In this document: positions 54,297 through 64,000 of the stretch, piece by piece
How the letters are laid out: each line of letters starts with the position of its first letter
Position numbering within the stretch: position 1 is the stretch's first letter
Source of the DNA: the human T2T-CHM13v2.0 reference genome, Homo sapiens
Direction: 5' to 3' (one strand)
Length of the DNA: 64,000 bases
Assembly: GCF_009914755.1 (NCBI RefSeq)
Contig: NC_060925.1
Notes under the pieces: generated by a model
Told to the model about the DNA's origin: nothing
The model's input: only the letters and a program-made list of their open reading frames with translations
The model's database searches: none
Made by a program: the position numbers and the translations under genes

Positions 54297-54444
54297 TTTT
54301 TTTTACAATATAGTTTCAACCTTTATTTTAGATTCAGGGGGTACATGTGCAGGTTTTCTACCTGGATATATTGCATGACACTGAGGTTTGAGTTATGATT
54401 GATCTGGTCACCCAGGTCAAGTACTGCGCATAGTACTCAATAGT
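54297..54444 (-). mobile_element. Short L1PA16/L1PB 3' end
   Basis: ttagattcagggggtacatgtgcagg; TSD gatg(a/g)gctgagat. Confidence 0.85.
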
Positions 54445-54679
54445 GATGGGCTGAGATATTTTAAATGCCATTCACGTATCTGACTGAATTAGATGAATTT
54501 TAAGGTTTCTCTAATTTTTGTACTTCATGAGTCTAGGAGTGGCATATATCACTAGAGAATTTTTAGAAGAGATGAAAATAATCCTCTATAAATAAATACA
54601 AGTATACTTATTATTTATTATTGCACATAAAATCCATCATAATTTGAATATGTTTGCTTTGGCTGAATGATTTTTTAAT

Positions 54680-55710
54680 TTTCTATTGAGTGCATGCATA
54701 TATATGTGCTACTGTAGACAAAATAGACAATAACCTCTGCCTTTTATATTATAGTAGAAGGGTGGGGAGAAACACAATAAACAATAACGAGGTAAATTAT
54801 AGAGAATAGCAGATGACGATAAGGTACTATGGAGAAAAGTAAAGCAGGCAAGGAAATGGGAAACGCTGGGGTGAAGGTGAGGAAGGAGAGTGATATGTTT
54901 ATAGCCAGATCTGGGAAGGCTACACTAAGGATGTAAAATGTGAATACAAAGTAAAAAGAAGTACCATAGCCAGGGTACATTTTGTGCATGTTTCGTAGCA
55001 GAAGAAACATTTCCAGCAGAGGAAATGGCAAGGGCAAAGGCCCCAAGGTAAGTTTACTATGCTTGATCAAGAATAACATGGAGTAACCAGACACAGAAAG
55101 ACGAACTTTGCCTGTTCTGACTCATTTGTGTGAGCTAAAAATTACAAACTTTGAACTCATGGAGATAGAGGGTAGAATGATGGCTGCCAGAGGCTGGGAA
55201 GGGTAGTGACAGGTGAGGGGGAGGAATATAGTTAGATAAAATGAATAAGATCTAGTATTTGATAGCACAACAAGGTGACTACAGCCAATAATAATTCATT
55301 GTACATTTAAAAATAGCTAAGAGTATAATTAGAAGGTTTGTAACACAAATGATAAATGCTTGAGGTGATGGATACCCCATTTACCCTGATGTGTTTATTA
55401 TGTATTATATGCCTGTCTCAGAATATCTCATGTACTCCATAAATATATATGCCTACTATGTACCCATAAAAATTAAAATTAAAAAAAAAAGAATAACATG
55501 GGGGCCAGTGTGGCTGAAGAGAGGACAGTAATAGATGTCAAAGCCAGAGGAGTCACAGGGGCTGGAGAGGTGGGCCTTATGGTGCCCTATGAGAATAAGG
55601 AGGCTTTTGATTTGCACTCAAGGAGAAATGGAAACCACTGGAGGGTCTTAGGCAGAGGGGGAGATGATCTGACTTCGATTTTTAAAGGACCGCTCTGTAA
55701 GTAATGTGGA
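54680..55710 (-). mobile_element. L2a, split by an L1MA insertion
   Basis: tttccagcagaggaaatggcaagggcaaaggcccc...aaaccactggagggt. Confidence 0.8.
55082..55490 (+). mobile_element. L1MA3/4 3' fragment
   Basis: gcttgaggtgatggataccccatttaccctgatgtg; TSD aagaataacatgg. Confidence 0.9.
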
Positions 55711-55814
55711 TAATATAGCTGGAAGCTATATATATTCTGGGCCTATCCAAGCAGCTACATAAGTTCTCAACTCCTAGTTTCTTACCAGGACCATCCTTCC
55801 ATTTTATATGATGT

Positions 55815-55990
55815 TTTTCTGTTTGTTTTGTTTTGCTTTAAACAAGCTTCTTGAAGTATAATTGACATAAAATAAGATGCATGTATTTAAAATGTACAAA
55901 CGGATAAGTTTTGACATGTGTATATACTCGTGAAACCCTCACTACATTTAAGATAGTGACATATCCACTACCCCCCATGGTTTTCTCATA
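55815..55990 (-). mobile_element. L1MB 3' end
   Basis: gaagtataattgacata...agttttgacatgtgtatatactcgtgaaacc. Confidence 0.75.
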
Positions 55991-57162
55991 TGGTGTGTTT
56001 TTTATTTTACTAATTGCATCACCCAGTTGCTGTTTTAAAAGTAGGGTGGAGTGGGTGGTATGTGGAATAAAGGCAGTGGCCACGTATGTGTTCTCTATTA
56101 CTGGCAAAAACCTGGTCACCATTCCACATTACTGTTATGGTGGGTTTCCTTCCTCTTTTGCTTACTGAAGAAATACCTAAAAGAGTATTTATAGGGCCAG
56201 TTTCAACTATCCCAAACATTTCATTGCACTTTGAAAGGTGTGGCCTACAGTTCTGAGCAGAAAGGGAGAACAACCCATGTTTCATGTGGCAAATATTGCT
56301 TGCCAAGATTGTGTGATGGACATACATCTAGCCTTTTGCAGCTATTTTGGTCCTTTTATAAGGAAAGTTAAACCTATTTGGTTTGGAATTGCCTACATTA
56401 CTGACAGACAAATATAAGCCAATTAAATTGGATAAAAAAATGTGGCAGAAGGAGGAATTTTTCCCCCTGCAGAATAAAGACATTCTAACTTCTGCATCAT
56501 TATGCTTGGCAGTAATTTCCCCCTTGAAGCTAATTAAGAAATGTGGGTGGGTTCTTTTTAACTTCCTTAATTTTACCTTTGATTATCCTCTTACTTCACC
56601 CCCTCCCATCTCTGAGGAGCAATAAATTTTCTTACTAGGTGAGGGGAAATTCCTAAATAATTTAATAACACACCTTGCCAATATTATCCATAGTATCTTG
56701 GAATTTCCTTCCATCCAATGTGCTACCTCTCCAGGTTCATTCTCACTTCCAGCCAGATGATGTCTTCTTTATTATCTGCACCAACTCCTCAAGTATCTTA
56801 TGGATTTTATTATTACCCAGATAGCTAAACAAGATTCATTTTCTCAAGTCCAGATCCATCCACCTATCCATATATTCATTTGTAAATTTTTTGTTCAATT
56901 ATTATTTAGTGACTCTTTACTGTATTAGTAAGTATACCATATCAGGGAAGAGAGAATGTTAGCAATATGAATACTTTTCAAATCTATGCAGTATATATTT
57001 GTCTGTTAAGGTATTCTTTGTATAACAAGTTTGAACTTGGAGGAACGTAATAGGAAGGCAGTCTTGACATAGACCAAGCTACCTTTTCTTATCATGACTT
57101 AAAAATAATGTGATATGTTGATTTCTGCTTGTTTCATTCCTTGATTGGGAACTCACAAATCG

Positions 57163-57505
57163 GAGAAGAAGGTAGTGGGAATGGGTGATAAAGTGGGAAT
57201 GGTTAATGGGTACACACAGTTAGATAGACTGAATAAGACCTAGTATTCAATAGCACAGTAGGGCAATTCTAGTTAAAAATAAAATATTATATATTTTTAA
57301 ATAACTAAAAGAGTAAAATTAGAGTGTTCCTAATACAAAAAAGGAAAAATTCTTGAGATGATGGATACCCCAATTACCCTAATTTGATCATTATACATTG
57401 TATACCTGTATCAAAACATCATATGTACCTCATAAATATATAACTATTATATAACTATAACTATTGCACCCTCACAGTAATTAAAATTTTTTTAAATTTA
57501 AAAAT
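57163..57505 (+). mobile_element. L1MA 3' fragment
   Basis: gaataagacctagtattcaatagcacag...gatggataccccaattaccct. Confidence 0.85.
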
Positions 57506-57594
57506 ACTTACAAAAAAGAAATGAGGGAAGAAGAAAGCCATATTAAACATTAACTAAAATGTGATTTATAAAATGGGCATAATAGTAATGCTAC

Positions 57595-59196
57595 TGATGG
57601 CAGCAGCAGCCTATATAAAGAGGCTGCTGCCATGATACTGGCTGCAGTTGGGGGAGGCATGGCCAGGGCTGCATGCTGCATGGAGCCGGTGGGAGTCAGA
57701 AACAGGTGGAAGCACCACTCACTTCTGAATTGGAAGGGAGGGAGCCTTGTGCTCCCTAGGTACAGCTGCAGATGCCCAGCCATGGCTGCAGACCTGGGCA
57801 TCCCTGTACTCTTGCGGGCCAGAAGCAGACAGGAGCCCCACATGTCCGGGTGCAGGCTAAGGAGTACCTGCTCTCCCACAGGCTCAGGAGTGCCTGCTCC
57901 TGTTCTCTGGCCACTCCCCGCTCCCAGTACCCACTCTGATCTTGGAGCGAAGTTGAGGCTGAGCCTGGGTGCTGTCGCAACTCAGTTGAATGTGTACAAG
58001 CTCAGGGCAGCACTGACATGTCAGGTCCCTGCCGCCTAGGCCCCCCTCCAGACTTTGGGTGCCAATGAGCATGGGAGGGAAGCAGGGGGGAGGGTGCCTG
58101 AGGATAGCTTGGCACTGGCCTCCAGGTGCCCCTGGGCACAAACAGCCTGAGCACCATGAACAGTGGTAGGAGGCAGACAGGCTCCTGGGTGGAAAAAGGT
58201 AGGTTCCCAGTGAAGCCCCGCCTTCAAGCCCAGGAAGGCCTGAAGCCTAGGGGCAGGGCTGCCAGTCCTGCAGACATGAGGGAGAACTTATGGTGCTTTT
58301 TCCCCAGCCCACCCATGGCCACCCATGGACCAATCAGCACACACTTCCTCCCTTCTGAAGCCCATAGAAACTCTGGACTCAGCCAGATTTGAGAAGACAC
58401 TGGGGGTGGCCAGCTGCAGAGAAGAGCTACCCACTCCAGGGTCTCCTCTTAGCTGAGAGCTGGGCAGACATTGGAATGACAAGCTGCAGTCAGGACACCC
58501 TGCCTTTGGAGAGGAGCTATCCACTGCAGGTCTCTTCTGAGCTATTCTGTCATACTATAAAGCTCCTTTTCACCTTGCTCACTCTTTACTTGTTCATGTA
58601 CCTCATTCTTCCTGGGTGCAGGACAAGAACTCGGGACCCACCGAATGGCAGTGCTAAAAGAGCTGTAACACAAATACGGCTTGAAATATGCCCCTTGCTC
58701 ACCACATTGTGGGTGACGAGAAGGAGAGAAGAGAGGAGGAGAGAAGAACTGTGGCCCTTTGGAGAGCCCAAACCTAGGAGCTCCCTGAGCTAGGGCTGTG
58801 ATGCCCTCTCTGGGGCTCTGTGGTTCCTGGAGTCACCAAGCTTCCAGGCGCCATCATGTTCCCTGGTGCTAGCCACGGAAGCAACTATTTGCAGTATGTC
58901 TGGTCCAGCCACAGCCTCAAAGGGAGCCATTGGCTGTACCGGTGCCTGGAGTTGCCTGGCCCACTGCAGCCAGTATGCCTGGCTGTGTGTGATGGCTGGA
59001 CCCCATGCTCTTTCGCTCACACACCCCTCACTGCTCCACTTGCCCTTGGCAGGCATGGGATCCAGGCCGGTAGCACAAGCCGAGCACAGCCTTCCATGCA
59101 GTGTGGGCCCAGTGGGCCCCAGCAAAACTCGGGTGAAGGCACCACTGGCCACAGAGGTTTCTGGCTGGTGAAGTGACATCCCAAGATTCCGTAACC
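57595..59196 (+). mobile_element. MER52 (ERV1) solo LTR, ~1.6 kb, inside a MIR
   Basis: tgatggcagcagcagcc...ccacagaggtttctggctgg...ccgtaac; 4-bp TSD ctac; GC-rich. Confidence 0.92.
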
Positions 59197-60310
59197 CTAC
59201 TTTGCAGAATGCTGTGAGATTTAAATGCATTAATACATGAAAAATGCAGAGGAGCCCTAGCTTAATAGACATGAAATATTAGAATTGTTATTGTACCACA
59301 TTTTCCTTCTAGTTTAACTATTTTGTTGTAGGTAGAGAATCCTTGTCAGAATTTATGGACTCCAGTCATTTCACTGCTTACAAATGATTTAGAGTGAGAT
59401 GTAAATCCCAGAGTAACCCGTGTCCTTCCCTCTCACCAGCTGACCATATTTCAATCCTAGGAGCTGGGACCACTTTACCATCATTTATCTAAGCAATGTA
59501 ACAAATTTTATGACTGGAACACTGGTGCCCATTACAGTCAACAGATTTTTTTTCCTAGTTCTATGCTATGTTTTATATTCACATTAAAGTATAAATATTT
59601 TCTGTCCATACATTGTGTTTAGACCATCAAATAAAATTTTCTTCCCAAAATCATCACTTCATTGAGCTACATACACTTTTCCCTTGATTTTGTTGATGCT
59701 GTTGAAGGTAATTTACACATTATTTCGTTCTGTGTTATAAGGAATAATGAAGTAACTGAGACCTTCTGAGAATCAATGGTAAATTAATTTGGCTCTGCCT
59801 GTCTCACTGAAGGCCAGAATTGTTGTGGTATGTCTGTCAGTTTTCATCTAGATGTCTGAGAGCAAGTGTGGGCTTGAGAGCTTATTTGTATCGACTAGTA
59901 TTTCACCGCACTAGATTTTATGTACTATACTGTGCTTTAGCACCAATAATGCTTTGTTTTTCAAAAGCAAATATCCAGTATTGCTTAAAGACATCCATTT
60001 TAATACTATATTCTCAATATGTGAACTGATTGAAAATCTATCATTGAGCATATCCAGTTATATATATTTTTGGATGACTGATATGTCCATAAAATGTGCT
60101 ACAAAGAGACATAAAACATAGTCCTGAACTTGGGTGTCATAAAAATCTAGTGAGAGAGAAAAAAATAGAAATATGTTGAAGATATACATTTAGCACAGAG
60201 TAGGAATGTATTTAGTTGTTGAGAGATATCAAGCAAGGCTTCACAGATAATTCTGATATAACAGTTTTGAAGAATGAAGTTTATCAAACAGGGTAAAAAA
60301 ATACCATATT

Positions 60311-60709
60311 TGTCTTAGTTCATTTTCTGCTGCTATAACAGAATACCACTATATTTATATATAGTTTATAATACCACTATATATATATATATATAGTTTA
60401 TTTGGCTCATGATTCTGGAGGCTGGGTTCAAGAGCATGGGACCGACAGCAGCTCAGCATTTGGTGAAGGCCTTCTTGCTGCTTCATAACATTGTGGAAGG
60501 GCAACAGAGTGCACGTAAGAAGAGCAAGAGAGGAATACGGGGCAGAACTCTTGCAATAACTAACTCACTTTTTTTGGTAATGGCATTAATCCATTCATGA
60601 GGGTGGAGTCCCATAATCTAATCACCTCTTTAAGGTCCTGCTTCTCAACACTGTTACAGTGGCAATTAAGTTTCAACATGAGTTTTGGCAGGACATTGAA
60701 ACCATAGAA
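60311..60709 (-). mobile_element. MSTB2/MSTC-type MaLR LTR
   Basis: tgtcttagttcattt...gaaaccatag; TSD atatt. Confidence 0.88.
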
Positions 60710-60859
60710 ATATTCAAAAGTATTAAATTATACAATAATATTCTGTTTATGAAAATTAAAGACTTTTCACTCATTTATGAAAACTTTCTCACTAACCATA
60801 AATACAAATATGTATATTTAAAAGATCAACATGGAAATATAGATATTTTCCATCTACCT

Positions 60860-61294
60860 TGTACTGGTTAACTTGCTGAATAAAATATTACCCCAAAACT
60901 CAGTGGCTTAAAACAACAGCCTTTTATTATTGCTTGTGTTTCTACAAGTCCACTGGAGGTCTGCTGACAACTAATCTAGGTGGACTCTGAGGGCAGCTCT
61001 GCTCCATGTGTCTCTCATTCTCCTCCTGTGACTAGTGGTTTGCTTGAGCAGGTCCTTCTCATGGTGATTGCAGATGTATAGCTGGAAACACTGGAGGCTT
61101 CTTAAGACCTAGCACAGTATACCTGAGCACAGGTATACTGACATTTCCATCATCTTTCATTGTTCCAAAAAAGTTACATGGTCAAGTATCAAGTCAAGGG
61201 GCAGGGAAGTATATTCCATCCATCATGAGGCCATGGCAAAGATATATATGGTGGCACAGGTGAAAAATCAAGGCTATTAACAGAATTTACTTCA
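60860..61294 (-). mobile_element. MLT1 (J/K-like) LTR
   Basis: accccaaaactcagtggcttaaaacaac...gctctgctccatgtgtctctcattctcc...ggggcagggaagtata. Confidence 0.8.
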
Positions 61295-62249
61295 TACCTG
61301 TGGCAAGAATCTGCAGTAGCTTACAACAAAAAGCATAGAGAGGGTCTATCACTAAAAAGTTGGTCTAAAAGCGACAATTTACAATACCACACCAGGCCAA
61401 AGGAAACTGTTGTCATCAGGCATGGTTATGACTTCTGACATTCCTGATAATCAAGGCAAAAGGGAAAGGAAAATAAGATGTCTGAGAAAAGGAAGAGTAA
61501 CAATTTGTGATGAAAATTAAATAGACACATATATATCTAACTCACAATATATTTACTCTAGATGTATACATTCACATACATTTCACATAGTTAGAAAACG
61601 GACTGTTAGCATATTACAAGATAAATTCTTAATCTAATAATCTCATACATGCCCATCATTCATGCTCTATCTCTCTTTCAAATATTGTTCTTACTTTTTA
61701 CAAAAAAAAAAATTTGAGATCTGAGAATTTTTCCCCTTTTACTCAGAGGTATCTCTGTGTGTAGGGTCATTTAATGATAAGGAACAGACCATCCCTTTTA
61801 CCTCTGAAGAGTACCCTGTTTTTCAGCCAAGAGAGACCAGACAAAGATAACCAGGCAGATTTTTTTTCACCCCTAGTGTCTGACTGGATGACAAAGAAGT
61901 CTGGTGCTTTAGCCAAGTTGTCTGCCAACAATTCCTTTTCTTCACTTGCTATTAGTTGCCTGGTCACAAGAAAAAAAGCAAAACAAAACAGTCTTTATCA
62001 ACTTATGGACATCTTACTTTCCCACTTAATAAATATTTGGGTCTATCTGTTGCCTCACATCCCGTGTGAGTTGGTATGAGAACCGGTCTGACTATTTTGT
62101 ATAGAAACAAACACTTAGACATGTGCCTTTGGGCAAATATCTGCAACACTGGTAATACTTTGCATATGTATACTTTTTTCAGTTTCTCAAACAAGTGGCA
62201 ACATGGTGAGATTGAAAGGTTTGGGTCTGTAACAGCCTCCAATTTTATC

Positions 62250-62450
62250 CTATTTACTTACTCTGTGTGAAACAGAAACATCAGTTAATATATTAGAATT
62301 TCAATTTTTTCATTGGTAAAAGTGATGACAATTATAACTACTTTTAAGTATGGTTAAAAGGATTAACACTGCGAGAGAGAGAGAGAGTGTGTGTGTGTTT
62401 GGCAGGGTGGTAGCACATGTTAAGTATTATTCAACAGATGTTAGACTCCT
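62250..62450 (+). mobile_element. MIR with (GA)n(GT)n microsatellite at 62373-62397
   Basis: tttacttactctgtgtga...tttttcattggtaaaagtgatgacaat. Confidence 0.65.
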
Positions 62451-63380
62451 TTCCTGTATGAAGTCAGGACGACTATCCTTATTCATTAATTAAACACAAG
62501 CTAAGAACCTGTGCCATATCAAAAAGAGTAAATCAAACAAATAAGAAAACTGAACTATAAAATTAGAAGTGAGTTTCCGGGGGTCACACAAAAGAAAGAC
62601 TTTAAGGCTAGAAACCATATTTCCTGGTTCTCAATCCATTGTCTATTCTATTGCTATACTTTTTATTCATTTATTTATTCATTCATTCAATCAATCATCC
62701 GTTCCTCCCTTAATCATTTGCACTCATTCTATTCAAGGGCTTCTTATATAGCTGTATAGGTTGTACATGTCATAATAGCTGTGTGACCTGGCCTCTTCCA
62801 AACTTCACAAACCATGCTCTTCCAACGCTTACTATAGCATTGTTCTTATTCTAGCTACCCTGTGCATTTTTCAGTTTGCTTGTATTGAAATTGTGTACCA
62901 TATTATTAGCCTCAGTAACAAGTTCAAATGAAGAGTGACAAGCGAGACTTTGTATCTTTCCTCTCATCCAGGTATTCTCACTTTGCCTCCTCAGAAGTTC
63001 ATTTAAATAAAAGCAATCAATGTATCCATGTTGGCACTTGGGGATGGCCAGCCTGGAAAACGTCTATAAAATGTGTCCCTTGTGCTACAATTGGCTAAAG
63101 CATCATTAAACAGAGGAACAGATTCTATGCAGCAGGTTTGTGATAATAGCATTGTGTTCCTTCTCATTGAGGAGGAAGGCTTTAGCCAGGGACAATTTCA
63201 ATTTTGGTCTGGTCTCAACTGCTCGTTCATCCAAATTATTCAGATTAGCTTCTGAGTCTTTCCCCCATTATGGACCTAAAACAGCTTTGCTCTGGGGTCC
63301 TGATTATTTGCAATGGGAGGTCTCTATACTATTTTTATGAAACTGTTTGTGTTTTTCAGGGTTTACTTCAAATATTGAGG

Positions 63381-63772
63381 TATATTAGTCTGTTCTTACA
63401 CTGCTATAAATAAATCCCTGAGACTGGGTGATTTATAAAGAAAAAAGGTTAATTCGTTCATGGTTCTGCAGACTGCACAGAAAGCATGATGTTGGCTTCT
63501 GCTGGGCTTCTGGGGAGCCTCAGGAAACTTACAATTATGGTGGAAGGCGAAGTAGGAGTGAGCACCTCATATGGCCAGAGCAGGAAGAAGTGGAGGGAGA
63601 TGCCACATATATTTAGGCAACCAGACTCACGAGAGCTCACTATCACAAGAACAGTACCAAGGGGGAAATCCACCCCCATGATCCATTCACCTCCCACTAG
63701 GCCTCACCTCCAACTCTGGGGATTATAATTCATTATGAGAATTGGGCAGGGAGACAGACCTAAACCATATCA
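63381..63772 (-). mobile_element. MSTA solo LTR
   Basis: tatattagtc...aaaccatatca; perfect TSD tgagg. Confidence 0.93.
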
Positions 63773-64000
63773 TGAGGATTCTTTAAAGAATTGGTAAGAA
63801 AATTTTGCTTGGTCTCCAGATACTAACAAATGACAGGTAAAAAGTTACTAAATATCAAGTCTTGATTTTTATTTCTGCTTATAGGACCCAACAGATTTTT
63901 AGTGGTCTGTGTACTCAGGCCAGCTGCCTCTTTATTTTTCAGTTAAGGCTTAGTATGTATCTTTTTGTCTGTCTTTTAAAAATACACATGTTATTTCTTC

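Noticed and set aside
57550-59272. Cluster of 60-160 aa ORFs on both strands and high GC
   Set aside because: They lie essentially within the MER52 LTR; CpGs are mostly decayed, so it is neither a gene nor a CpG island.

Overview
Primate (human-like) non-coding genomic DNA: AT-rich, CpG-depleted and dense in interspersed repeats (AluJ/S/Y, L1PA to L1ME, L2, MIR, CR1/L3, MaLR/ERVL/ERV1 LTRs, Tigger1 and hAT MITEs). I found no credible protein-coding gene, RNA gene or CRISPR array; the ORFs I could identify are repeat-derived and the rest look like chance ORFs. Repeat families were assigned from remembered consensus sequences, so subfamily calls and the edges of old elements are approximate. 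The main unexplained structure is a left/right asymmetry. Repeats at ~1-24 kb are riddled with short deletions, mostly at tandem repeats or microhomologies. Equally old or older repeats at 25-64 kb are close to full length. The boundary coincides with the densest non-Alu CpG cluster I saw, a candidate minus-strand CCAAT/TATA promoter at ~24.78 kb with an upstream MYB-type site. This suggests a long, heavily germline-transcribed non-coding unit (pachytene-piRNA-precursor-like) running leftwards out of the window.
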